From an uncultured marine group III euryarchaeote (lineage in GTDB: Archaea; Thermoplasmatota; Poseidoniia; MGIII; CG-Epi1), in contig CACALG010000001.1 in assembly GCA_902533295.1 (NCBI GenBank), forward strand, positions 19,048 to 83,047: a stretch of DNA of 64,000 nucleotides, written 5' to 3'. Shown here one piece after another: positions 19,901 to 28,719 of the stretch; within the stretch, counting starts at the first letter, position 1, and the number at the start of each line of letters is the position of its first letter. The notes under the pieces were generated by a model that worked only from the letters and a program-made list of their open reading frames with translations, did no database searches and was not told where the DNA came from. The position numbers were made by a program, and so were the translations under genes.

Positions 19901-22128
19901 TGTGTATTATTCGTTAATATATTATTTGAAATTCTTCCTTCACTATTATTTGCAGTTATAGCTATTTCCGAAAAATTAATAATATTGTCTTCTAAGTCAA
20001 AATCTGCAAGAACGACAGTTATAGATTCTCTAAAATTCGTTATTATATTATCACTAACTTCGACTTCACCTTCCTGCGAAAAAATACCTACTGCAGCAAC
20101 TTTTTGTAAATAAAGAACATCACATCTATCATGTGTGCATAATCCGGTTACATTATTATTAACTATTTTACTATATGTCCTGTTACTAAGAATACCATAA
20201 TCATTTACATGCAATATATTATCTTCAATAAGTATAGGAAACGTACTATCCTCAAATCCTCCTACTTCGATACCCACTGCCGAACTTAATGTATTATTTT
20301 TAATTATAGTTTTTGGAATATAATATGCATAAATTCCTGATAATTGTGATTCAGGACTCATGTTTGTTTGAACTGTATTATTTGCAATATATCCTTCTTC
20401 AACATCTCTGAACATTATGCCAGCACCATCGATAGAATGAACAAGATTATTTGTTACATGTATATTATCAATTGTAAATGCTGAACCAAACTGAGTATAT
20501 GCAGATATTCCATTATATTTTATATTTTTGAGTGTGTTATTAGCGACAATACCATTTGATATGTCGCCAAAACCATTATCATATATCCAAATTCCTATAG
20601 ACGCATTATCAATATAATTATCCACTATAGTAAAATTTTTGTAGAAATTCCAAACCGTTATTGCTCTTGCTGATGTATTAGTAATATAATTTGAAATTAT
20701 ATGATTATCAGTTCCTACATCATTATATACATTTTCAAAATCAAGCGCTATTGGAAAGTCATTATCATTGATGGTATTATTTATTATATAATTTCCAGAA
20801 GGTGATATACCTCCTTCAGGCCAACCCCAAAGTCCTATAGCTTGCCATCCTATTTCAAAATTATTATTTCTTATAGTATTATTGTTCTGAAATGAATTAA
20901 TAAAAATAGCAATTGTGTAATTTTCAAAGTAATTATTTTCGATTAAATGACCTCCACCATAATATTCATCTGTATCAAAATCCCAGAACCAGAAAATCAT
21001 ACAACTATGCCCCCAATAGGGTTGTTTAGACCCGCAATTTATGAATGTATTATTACTGTATTCATTTCTATTTCCTGCACGATCCATAAGATTGTGCCAA
21101 TATACGCCAGAAACATTGAATATGTTGCGGCTAATTATATTGTCATCTGTAGCTTGTAGAGACATATCATGTATTGTATTATTTAGAAATTGGTTATCAA
21201 TTATTGTATGATTACTGCCTTGAGTTATAGTAAGCGTACCTCTGCCTCCCTGTCCATTATCCTTGTAAATATAATCTCTAAAGATGTTACCACTAATTAG
21301 ATTATAATTCCCATAGGAAATAGTTACACCTAATGTACCGTTAATGAAAGTATTATTTTGTATTAAGGCGTTCTCTCCTGAGACAAACAAGTCATAGAAT
21401 ATGTAACTATTATAAATCGTGTTATTAATAAATCTAAAATTATCAGTATAAGCACTAATTATTCCAATCATATCAAATGTGGAATTAGTTATGTAAGATC
21501 CAGCTCCAGTAAATCTTAATGCCTTTACATACTCAAAATCAGAATTCTCAATAATTACCCTAGTATTAGGAATTCCTGAGCCTGGCTGATTATTTACTAA
21601 TCTGCCTACTTGAACAGTATAATCTAACCTCTCTGTGTAATTCCCTTTACCAATTATATTAGATTTAATAACGGAACGATCATTACTAGTTGTCGGATTC
21701 AAATCATAATCTGTAACAATTAGTACAGAATTCTCATTTAAATCAAGACAATTAGCAGTTATTTCACTATTCTTTTGAATAGAATCAAGTATTAATTCAG
21801 AATTAATTATGGTCAGTGTACTGTATAATGATATATTGTCACCATGTGAATCTTGTTCATGAAATACTGTAGAATTAATCCATCTGGTTTCTCCTCTAAT
21901 TTCAATGAAACCTTTTGATGATAGAGAAACGTTTTCAAGTTTCAAAGTCTTACCAAAATTAACGACAATATCTTTGACTGAGACGTCCTCATCCCAAACA
22001 TGCGTGTCTTGAGTGATAATCCAATCCTGACCCTCTTGGGGTGCATTTCCATTTGAACCTGCTGAAGCATTTCCAGTACTGATTACTATCGCAGTAATTG
22101 CGATTAAAAGAAATGCTGTTTTCTTCAT
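16966..22128 (-). CDS. Giant (1720 aa) secreted surface protein: signal peptide, right-handed parallel beta-helix (PbH1/NosD-like) repeat region, beta-sandwich domains, single TM, ~280-aa cytoplasmic domain
   Basis: Signal peptide MKKTAFLLIAITAIVISTGNASA. Many N-N-T/I-x-N beta-helix rungs (IQNNTFINGT, ISGNIF, IIDNQFLNNT, ITNSTFD...). TM segment ATIGISLLFLMFGGVLLY near aa 1400. The cytoplasmic domain is homologous to ORF 1..477. Confidence 0.8.
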   Translation of the reverse strand: MKKTAFLLIAITAIVISTGNASAGSNGNAPQEGQDWIITQDTHVWDEDVSVKDIVVNFGKTLKLENVSLSSKGFIEIRGETRWINSTVFHEQDSHGDNISLYSTLTIINSELILDSIQKNSEITANCLDLNENSVLIVTDYDLNPTTSNDRSVIKSNIIGKGNYTERLDYTVQVGRLVNNQPGSGIPNTRVIIENSDFEYVKALRFTGAGSYITNSTFDMIGIISAYTDNFRFINNTIYNSYIFYDLFVSGENALIQNNTFINGTLGVTISYGNYNLISGNIFRDYIYKDNGQGGRGTLTITQGSNHTIIDNQFLNNTIHDMSLQATDDNIISRNIFNVSGVYWHNLMDRAGNRNEYSNNTFINCGSKQPYWGHSCMIFWFWDFDTDEYYGGGHLIENNYFENYTIAIFINSFQNNNTIRNNNFEIGWQAIGLWGWPEGGISPSGNYIINNTINDNDFPIALDFENVYNDVGTDNHIISNYITNTSARAITVWNFYKNFTIVDNYIDNASIGIWIYDNGFGDISNGIVANNTLKNIKYNGISAYTQFGSAFTIDNIHVTNNLVHSIDGAGIMFRDVEEGYIANNTVQTNMSPESQLSGIYAYYIPKTIIKNNTLSSAVGIEVGGFEDSTFPILIEDNILHVNDYGILSNRTYSKIVNNNVTGLCTHDRCDVLYLQKVAAVGIFSQEGEVEVSDNIITNFRESITVVLADFDLEDNIINFSEIAITANNSEGRISNNILTNNTQSVSSYRSDINILNNVFNDFEKAIYSFNSTISIDNNIFSEGDFCLDLIDSDSTLQNNDFNCRDTDYLIRYNLQINIADERGTGSREHGFDIENSFGSKLVDSQTDNYGFSDYYMINVISKAADQNEINYNPIRIIYYNNDIMVEIYKNLSYNHTLLALLDTTSPQSEIIPGTGLINSESIELQISLLNDDNDFKEYIIEYIVNDKFAQWEEYGTFTESIVLFTGEDGKEYRFRSLARDIYGNTENKNNYEYQVKIDTSIPSTELLNFEEDYYFIGNSQIDLSWKNSADDIAYNTLEVSYSNFTNANLDPNSVTWTALDSINIYGDTHYIYEFDELGHYAFKILASDYAGNSEDKEEYDIIMNYASKVDTISFSNVPQKWGYDYLEIFIDTDNLNLDYKIYIAIQTIEKGNDLLTWYLLPHDISDDKIKLQDLQDNTRYFLYAESRDLAGNLENPLDTTEYFSSNGQYDQSFNLKYIPAINDIHWFNVSVDNDLDGIYEKALVRGMNKNKLLVDEYYLDIINKTIQFGGTSNGGFVPTEDITGNNNIKIDYSGVHLTFEVFTEDPQKATNVAISHTNATELVLGFVIPEDAAICKVQMVADELPASDSGWFTQEIIGVGMETSCKQGYYEWIHKNPSPDRDYFYRITIEDEFGHISNSNNETVSMEEVVKLYSSSGTETDQFGMKEILPATIGISLLFLMFGGVLLYRSRKEELDENVSIIESKPIAKYKVEELYLIYKDGRLLRNVSAVEVKTDTDIMSGMLTAINDFVQDSFQTEGDLGSIDYGNNKIILQRGEHSYLAAVIYGEIDNMFKGKLINAVRAIETINPTLANWNGDAESVKQVKIYLNPIIDETIASTREMVDNYFTEKEIVITSSYEKLGTNITLNVNLSNYSSETISSCKISPEFNSSILGLVGIDPDVYYSFSDNSFIVGDISSYNEVQFKLKMQQKSNAATSVEIKMMYEQKDREGLTNSRVDIA

Positions 22129-22220
22129 CTTGCTTATAGAGATAGTTATCTGTTAATAAAATAAACCGAAGATTTATACAATACAATAATTTTAAATTAG
22201 TCAATGAATCAAGATAATTA

Positions 22221-23555
22221 ATGGTTCTTGAAAAATTAGGAGATGCACTAAGAGAAACTCTTAGAAAAATAGCCGGTGCCAGCCACATTTCTCCTGAATT
22301 AATTAAAGAATTAGTAAGAGATATACAAAGAGCACTATTACAATCAGATGTTAATGTAAGACTCGCCCTAGATTTGAGTAAAAGAATAGAAACTAGAGCT
22401 TTAGATGAAAAAGCGCCGGCTGGAATGACAGGGCGTGAACATGTTGTTAGAATTGTGCATCAAGAACTAGTATCTGCATTAGGTGAACCAAGATCTCTTA
22501 AATTAGAAAAACAAAGAATTATGTTAGTAGGTCTTTATGGCCAAGGTAAAACTACTACTACAGGAAAACTAGCAAAGTACCTTAAGAAAAAGGGTTTGAG
22601 CCTAGGATTAATTGCAGCTGATGTCCATAGACCTGCAGCATATGACCAATTATCTCAAATTGGCGAACAAATAGATATTCCTGTATTCGGAAGTTCAAAA
22701 AACACTGACGCAGTAAAAGTGGTAAAAGAAGGATTAAAAGAATTTGAAGAACTAGATATTGTGATTGTTGATACTGCAGGTCGTCATGCTTTAGATGATG
22801 ATCTAATATCTGAAATGGAATCAATTTCTAAAGTAGTCAAACCAGATGAAATATTCCTTGTCATGGATGCAACTGTTGGACAGCAGGCTGGACCACAAGC
22901 AGAAGCTTTCCACGAAGCCGTTGGTGTTTCTGGTGTCATATTAACTAAATTAGATGGTTCTGCTAAAGGTGGAGGTGCATTATCTGCAGTTTCAGTAACA
23001 AATGCCCCAATTATATTTGTAGGAACTGGGGAAAGTTTAGAAAGTTTAGAAACATTGGATCCAGATAGATTTATTTCACGCCTTCTTGGAATGGGAGACC
23101 TACAAACTCTTCTTGAAAGAGCTGAAGAAGTTATAGATGCTAGTACAGCTGAAGATACTGCAAAGAAAATGCTCTCAGGTAAATTTACCTTAATTGATAT
23201 GAGAGAACAAATGGAAGCCATGAATAAAATGGGTTCATTAGATAAAATCATGGAAATGATTCCTGGCATGTCTTCAATGATGAACAAAGGCCAAATGGAA
23301 GAGACTGAGGGTAGATTAGAAAAATTTAAAGTTTTGATGAATTCAATGACTCATGAAGAACTAGAAAATCCAAAATTAATAAAACGTTCTAGGATTGAAA
23401 GAATTGCCAAAGGTTCAGGTTCCGACCCCCAAGAAATCAGAGAATTATTGAAACATTATAATAAAAGTAGAAAAATGATGTCCAATCTTGGTGGAAACAG
23501 AAGAATGCAACAAAGAATGATGAAACAATTTGGAAAGGGTGAACTAAAACTATAG
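22221..23555 (+). CDS. srp54: Signal recognition particle protein SRP54
   Basis: N domain, G domain with GLYGQGKTTT, DTAGRH, TKLDG, and a Met-rich M domain. Confidence 0.9.
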   Translation: MVLEKLGDALRETLRKIAGASHISPELIKELVRDIQRALLQSDVNVRLALDLSKRIETRALDEKAPAGMTGREHVVRIVHQELVSALGEPRSLKLEKQRIMLVGLYGQGKTTTTGKLAKYLKKKGLSLGLIAADVHRPAAYDQLSQIGEQIDIPVFGSSKNTDAVKVVKEGLKEFEELDIVIVDTAGRHALDDDLISEMESISKVVKPDEIFLVMDATVGQQAGPQAEAFHEAVGVSGVILTKLDGSAKGGGALSAVSVTNAPIIFVGTGESLESLETLDPDRFISRLLGMGDLQTLLERAEEVIDASTAEDTAKKMLSGKFTLIDMREQMEAMNKMGSLDKIMEMIPGMSSMMNKGQMEETEGRLEKFKVLMNSMTHEELENPKLIKRSRIERIAKGSGSDPQEIRELLKHYNKSRKMMSNLGGNRRMQQRMMKQFGKGELKL

Positions 23556-23592
23556 CCCCAAAATACAAATACATAGACTTAGAGTATAACTT

Positions 23593-23943
23593 ATGTCGAG
23601 TTTCGAAATTAAGCGTGGACACGGTAAAACGTTGGAAGATGGTGGACTGAAATCACTAATGACCGAAGAATTTGGTGATATAACTGAGGAAAATAATCAT
23701 TTTACTGCATCTTTTAAAGCACTAAAGCAAATCAATGTAGAATTTGTATCAATTACAGAAATCCGGGTAAAAACTGAAATGGATCCTGATGCATCTTTAG
23801 AAGATGCAACAGAATCTCATCAAGCATACAATAGGTTCATGGAAGCTGCAACTAGTTTCAATGCTAAACAAAGAGTAGATAGGGCGAAAGCCAGGGCAAA
23901 AAAAGAAGCTAAGGCTGCTGCTGAAAAGGAAATGCAATCTTAA
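23593..23943 (+). CDS. Small hypothetical protein with a basic Lys/Ala-rich C-terminus
   Basis: 116-aa ORF, stop overlapping the start of the next gene (23943). Confidence 0.4.
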   Translation: MSSFEIKRGHGKTLEDGGLKSLMTEEFGDITEENNHFTASFKALKQINVEFVSITEIRVKTEMDPDASLEDATESHQAYNRFMEAATSFNAKQRVDRAKARAKKEAKAAAEKEMQS

Positions 23944-24449
23944 TGCAAAAATATGCCCTAACTGGAACACCAGGAACGGGCAAAACCTCAGTATCTAAGC
24001 TATTAAATGAAAAGGTAATCTCTCTTTCAAATTATTATAAGAAAGCCTCAGAAGGGAAAACAAAAGATGGAGAATGGCTTGTAGATATTGGAAAATTAAA
24101 TCAGATTCTTGAAACTTCAAATTCAAATCTTTTTGAGGGAAATTTTGCTCACAAACTAGATAATATAGATAAGATAATCGTTCTAAGATGCGACCCGAAT
24201 ATACTAAAAAAAAGATTAGAGGAAAGAGGATACAACAAAGAAAAGGTAATGGAAAATATTGAGGCAGAAGCTATTGGTTTAATTTTCTCAGAATCAATAG
24301 ATTATGTAGGGAAAAATAATGTTATTCAATTAGACACAAGTAATACTGATGTTGAAAGTATATCAAATATTATAGGAAAATATTTGGACGGGAAGATTAA
24401 AGTAGAAGAAGAAATTGATTACTCAGAAAGAATATTGGATTGGTACTAA
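23943..24449 (+). CDS. P-loop nucleotide kinase, archaeal adenylate kinase/Fap7 (AK6)-like
   Basis: Walker A LTGTPGTGKTS at N-terminus; ~170 aa size typical of Fap7-like kinases. Confidence 0.55.
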   Translation: MQKYALTGTPGTGKTSVSKLLNEKVISLSNYYKKASEGKTKDGEWLVDIGKLNQILETSNSNLFEGNFAHKLDNIDKIIVLRCDPNILKKRLEERGYNKEKVMENIEAEAIGLIFSESIDYVGKNNVIQLDTSNTDVESISNIIGKYLDGKIKVEEEIDYSERILDWY

Positions 24450-24450
24450 G

Positions 24451-25053
24451 ATGGTAGCTGACGATTACAGAGATTTTGGAACAAAATTACTTGATCCTAT
24501 AGCAGAAAAAATACCTCTTGGGCCAATGGGAATAAGTTTTTTATCGTTATTAACTGCAATTGGTGCAGGATATTCCTTTTTTATTATAGAAGATAATTTG
24601 TCAAATAAAGAATGGTTACTAATTGGTTCTGGACTCGTATTTCTAACAGCTGTTCTCGATGCACTTGATGGTATAGTTGCACGAAAAAGAAACTTATCTA
24701 GTAAGAGAGGAGACTTGGTAGATCATACACTTGATAGAGTTGCAGACATTCTAATTATTGGAGGTATTGCTTTTGGAGCCCTTGTAAATATCGAAATTGG
24801 TTTTGCTGCGATTATTGGAATTCTAATGTTATCTTATATGGGAACACAAGCTCAAGCAGTGGGGGCTGGCAGAGAATATGCAGGTTTACTTGGTAGAGCA
24901 GACAGATTAATCGTACTGATGCTCATTCCAATATTTCATTACTTTAATCAAGAATATAATTATATGGAGTTAATGTGCTATGCATTTGCAATTATTTGTA
25001 CATTATCTGCCATTTATCGGTTTCAAAAAATCTGGATTGAATTAGAAGAATAG
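24451..25053 (+). CDS. CDP-alcohol phosphatidyltransferase family protein (archaetidylserine/archaetidylinositol-phosphate synthase-like). Start taken at internal Met; ORF track starts 24415.
   Basis: D-x2-D-G-x2-A-R-x8-G-x3-D-x3-D motif: DALDGIVARKRNLSSKRGDLVDHTLDRVAD; multiple TM segments. Confidence 0.7.
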   Translation: MVADDYRDFGTKLLDPIAEKIPLGPMGISFLSLLTAIGAGYSFFIIEDNLSNKEWLLIGSGLVFLTAVLDALDGIVARKRNLSSKRGDLVDHTLDRVADILIIGGIAFGALVNIEIGFAAIIGILMLSYMGTQAQAVGAGREYAGLLGRADRLIVLMLIPIFHYFNQEYNYMELMCYAFAIICTLSAIYRFQKIWIELEE

Positions 25054-25225
25054 TGGTGGGAGCACTGGGATTTGAACCCAGATCGGCGGGTCTCACCTAT
25101 TGAGCCGGAGCCCATAGTTTGCACAGGTCATAGCTCCAATCATTCATCACGACATCAGCAGACCCTGTAGCAATCATTCCTGTATAATTGGAGCCCGCAA
25201 TGCTGCCAGGTTACACCATGCTCCC
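25054..25225 (-). tRNA. tRNA-Trp (anticodon CCA) interrupted by a ~96-nt intron (approx. 25092-25187) in the anticodon loop; CCA encoded
   Basis: Minus-strand reading: GGGAGCA-TG-GTGT-AACCTGGCA-GCAT-T-GCGGG-CTCCAA [intron] A-CCCGC-CGAT-CTGGG-TTCAAAT-CCCAG-TGCTCCC-A-CCA. The 7-bp acceptor stem is perfect and the anticodon stem is GCGGG/CCCGC. The intron contains GUGAUGA and CUGA boxes. Confidence 0.75.
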
Positions 25226-25307
25226 CAATATAGGCTGATTAGAACACTACAATAAAAAGTCTCTGATGAGTAACGTTAATAACGTATGCTTTATCGAGTA
25301 TACATAA

Positions 25308-25745
25308 ATGAGCTCAGATGAAGAAACCGAAGAGGAGGTTTTGAATGAGCACAATCCTGCACCTCCTACTGAAAGAATTTGGATGCCCGTTTATCAGGAT
25401 GAAGATAAAAAACTAGCTAAACATGATTGGTGTTTAGATACTGGAATTATTAAGAATCTTAGTGGAGAAGAAGCAAAGCCTAAAGGTTTCTATGTTTCAG
25501 TTCTAAACAAAATGAAATACATTCTGGAACATGATTTAGGACACAGTAGAGGTGCTCCAAAATTTCCAGCTTCACAAATTAAACTAATTATAAAAGATTT
25601 AGATAATATAGATGGCTTCTATGATAAATGGTGGAGAACTGAATCTTCTCAATTGGAAGCCTTTATTCGTGTAGTTCAAAATAGAAGGGCTGACTTATCA
25701 CAAAGATTTATTATAGATTCGGTAACGAGGACTCTACGTGGTTGA
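25308..25745 (+). CDS. Hypothetical protein (acidic N-terminus)
   Basis: 145-aa ORF overlapping the rpe start by 8 nt. Confidence 0.4.
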   Translation: MSSDEETEEEVLNEHNPAPPTERIWMPVYQDEDKKLAKHDWCLDTGIIKNLSGEEAKPKGFYVSVLNKMKYILEHDLGHSRGAPKFPASQIKLIIKDLDNIDGFYDKWWRTESSQLEAFIRVVQNRRADLSQRFIIDSVTRTLRG

Positions 25746-26361
25746 AATTGCACCATCAATGTTGGGGGCTGATTTCGGAGATATGCGGCGAGCTGCTGAA
25801 TTAGTTGCTCCAGAATCTGGCTATTTACATATGGATGTTATGGATGGTCATTTTGTGCCTAATCTCACCATGGGTTCTGATTTAGTTAAATCTCTGAAAG
25901 GTATTGCTCCCTTAGATGTTCATCTGATGATTACGGACCCTTGTGATTTCATAGATGATTTTAGTGAAGCAGGAGCTGAAATAATATCGATACATATAGA
26001 AGCGAATAATCCAAGTAAAGCAATTGATATTATTAAAGAAAAAAACATAAAAGCTGGGATTGCACTTAATCCTTCGACACCTGTGGATGCAATTGATTTC
26101 GTTGTAGATAAAGTGGATCTGATTCTCGTAATGTCAGTGGAACCAGGATATTGCGGTCAATCCTTTCATGAGACTTCTATTGAACGTGTAAGAAATTATA
26201 AAGAAAAATACCCTGATAAATTGATTGAAGTAGATGGAGGTGTGAGTACTTCTAATTCAAAAAAACTTATTGAAGCAGGAGCGGATATTTTAGTAGCTGG
26301 AAGTGCTGTTTTCAACTCAGAAGATCCAATTCAGACGATAAATCAAATGAAACAGGGTTAA
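25738..26361 (+). CDS. rpe: Ribulose-phosphate 3-epimerase
   Basis: HMDVMDGHFVPNLT, DVHLM, and VDGGV motifs of Rpe; 207 aa. Confidence 0.85.
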   Translation: MVEIAPSMLGADFGDMRRAAELVAPESGYLHMDVMDGHFVPNLTMGSDLVKSLKGIAPLDVHLMITDPCDFIDDFSEAGAEIISIHIEANNPSKAIDIIKEKNIKAGIALNPSTPVDAIDFVVDKVDLILVMSVEPGYCGQSFHETSIERVRNYKEKYPDKLIEVDGGVSTSNSKKLIEAGADILVAGSAVFNSEDPIQTINQMKQG

Positions 26362-26385
26362 ACTTATTAATTAGAAAGGGATATA

Positions 26386-28719
26386 ATGAATGTGAGAAAA
26401 GTCTTTGTTATTGGATTAGCTTTGCTTCTAAGCGTCAATTTAGTTAAAATTGACACAAGTGCAGAATTACCTGTAGAAGATTTTACACATGCAGTTTTTG
26501 GAGAAGAATTTACTGCCACATGGTGTGTTTATTGCCCTAGTGCTGCAGAAAACCTGATGAAGGTTTATGATGACATACCAAACGAACCATATTATCATGA
26601 TAAATTTTTCTTTGTTGCCCTAATAACTGATGTTAATGATAAAGCAGATGAAAGGATGGATGATTATCCTGATGTAACTGGATATCCTACTGTTATATTT
26701 GATGGGAATGATGAAAAGGTTTCTGGAGGACAATCAGATACTGCTAATTATGAACAAGCAATAGATAGTTGTGGGCAACGTGACGATACAGATATATCAT
26801 TGGATATTGAAATGAATCATCTAGGGGCAGACCAATTAGAAGTAAGTGTGAAAATGACTTGGAATGAAGATGCTTCGCTTGGAGACCCCACTTTCAATGG
26901 TTATGTTCGAGCCTATATTGTAGAAAAGGTTTCTAGATACAATAATTATGATGGAGATCCATACCATTTTGGGTTCTTAGATTATGCCTTTGAGGAAAAC
27001 GTTGAATTAGAACCTCATGAAGAAACTGTATTGAATACTGTATGGATTGGGGGAGACCATGAAGATAAGAATGGAAATGATTTTTCAGATATCGATTATG
27101 AAAATATTAATATTTTCGTAGCTTTTTTCAATGATGAATCTGCTACAACTGACAAATATGTTTTAGAAACTGCTTTTGCAATACCTCCTGAACTGAGTGT
27201 GAGTGTTCCTGAGGGATTATTAAGTGGTAACATTGAAATTGAAGGAACTGCAGTTAGTGAAAAATCAGAAATTGAAAATGTATATTATAGATGGGACAAA
27301 ACAGAATGGATCAACACCGATTTATCTTCTTTTAATGGTAATTTTAATTTTGAACTGGATACTTCTGAAATGACAAACGGAGAACATGAATTGGATATCA
27401 AAGTTGTTGATAGAGGAGCGAGTATGATTAAAACACTCAATCTTGAAATCCTAAATGATGAAAATCCTCCTTCCATCCAGATAATATCACCCGAAGAAGG
27501 TGATACCTTAGAAAGTATAGCTATTCTGGAAGTCGAAGCTACAGATGATAACCAAATTTCAGAAGTTGATTATCGAGTAAACCAAGGAGATTGGAGAAAA
27601 ATGTATTACAATGAAGGAGACTCCTATATTGCTAGTTGGAATACACAAGAAGCAGGGGCTGGTAATGGAGATCATCAGATATCATTCAGAGCTATAGATA
27701 TGAATTCTAATGAGATAAGTCAAACAATAGAGATTACTGTTCTCAATGAAGAAGATATTACTTATCCATACTTAAAAATCAACGAACCTAAAGAGGAAAT
27801 TTACAATAATAGAGTGAATATTAATGTAAAATCATCTGATCCTGATGGGATTGAAAAGGTCCAATATCGTGTTGATAATGGCACTTGGAGAGATATGTCA
27901 CTAGAAGGAAATGAGATTTTCACTGACACCTGGACACCAACTTGGGACGGATGGCATTGGTTAGATGTTAGAACAGTTGATAACCAAGAATATGAGACCT
28001 TCCAAGGAATTCGATTTGAGACCGATAGTACTCCTCCATCACTAATCCTAGATTCCTTCTCAAATGATATTACTGCAATAGCTGAATTCGATCTCCAAGT
28101 TTATGATTATAGTAGTCTTCAGACACTAAAATATAGAATCAAACCATATGGTTCAATTTGGCAAGATTGGAATGAACTAGAACCAAGTGGAGAACAGGTT
28201 GCATTCGGTTGGGATTCAACAAAGTATGAAGATGGAGAATGTCTGTTAGAAATAGAATGTACAGATGAGTGGGGTGGAGTAAGCACATTATATCGGAACC
28301 TAGATGTGAAGAATCAAGATTTAGTTTATTCAATTCCTCCTTCAAATATTGAGACTAATACAGTTACAAAAATAACATCAATAGTTGATTATGAAAACCC
28401 AATTAGTGTTAATATGATAGTAGCTAAAATTGATGCAGATGTTTTGGCTGAAGGACAGAAAATACCAATGAAAAAAGATGGTAATTATTATATTGGTGAA
28501 TTATACTTTGAGAATTCAGGAAATTATGTTTATAGCATAGAAGTTGATACAGGTCATGGAAAATTAACTTCGTATGAGCAGAATATAATTGTTTCTGATA
28601 AACAAATGGTTACTTCCTCAGGTGAAGAAAATAATTCTCTGATGAGTCCTAATATTGTGCCTGTAATTGTTATTTTAGTAGTTGTGGCATTCCAAAGAAA
28701 ACGCTTATTTTCTAGATAG
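26386..28719 (+). CDS. Secreted membrane-anchored surface protein: signal peptide, thioredoxin-like CxxC module, ~4 Ig-like repeats, C-terminal TM
   Basis: Signal peptide MNVRKVFVIGLALLLSVNL. WCVYCP motif. Repeated YR(V/W)(D/N)xGxW(R/I) units (IENVYYRWDKTEW, ISEVDYRVNQGDW, IEKVQYRVDNGTW, LQTLKYRIKPYGSIW). C-terminal IVPVIVILVVVAF-QRKR. Confidence 0.6.
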   Translation: MNVRKVFVIGLALLLSVNLVKIDTSAELPVEDFTHAVFGEEFTATWCVYCPSAAENLMKVYDDIPNEPYYHDKFFFVALITDVNDKADERMDDYPDVTGYPTVIFDGNDEKVSGGQSDTANYEQAIDSCGQRDDTDISLDIEMNHLGADQLEVSVKMTWNEDASLGDPTFNGYVRAYIVEKVSRYNNYDGDPYHFGFLDYAFEENVELEPHEETVLNTVWIGGDHEDKNGNDFSDIDYENINIFVAFFNDESATTDKYVLETAFAIPPELSVSVPEGLLSGNIEIEGTAVSEKSEIENVYYRWDKTEWINTDLSSFNGNFNFELDTSEMTNGEHELDIKVVDRGASMIKTLNLEILNDENPPSIQIISPEEGDTLESIAILEVEATDDNQISEVDYRVNQGDWRKMYYNEGDSYIASWNTQEAGAGNGDHQISFRAIDMNSNEISQTIEITVLNEEDITYPYLKINEPKEEIYNNRVNINVKSSDPDGIEKVQYRVDNGTWRDMSLEGNEIFTDTWTPTWDGWHWLDVRTVDNQEYETFQGIRFETDSTPPSLILDSFSNDITAIAEFDLQVYDYSSLQTLKYRIKPYGSIWQDWNELEPSGEQVAFGWDSTKYEDGECLLEIECTDEWGGVSTLYRNLDVKNQDLVYSIPPSNIETNTVTKITSIVDYENPISVNMIVAKIDADVLAEGQKIPMKKDGNYYIGELYFENSGNYVYSIEVDTGHGKLTSYEQNIIVSDKQMVTSSGEENNSLMSPNIVPVIVILVVVAFQRKRLFSR

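Noticed and set aside
25226-25307. CUGAUGA followed by a palindromic hairpin (TAACGTTA) upstream of ORF 25308: a hammerhead ribozyme or box C/D sRNA?
   Set aside because: No GAAA/stem III for a hammerhead, and no convincing D box or K-turn partner. More likely a promoter/5' UTR of the downstream gene. Kept only as a weak note.
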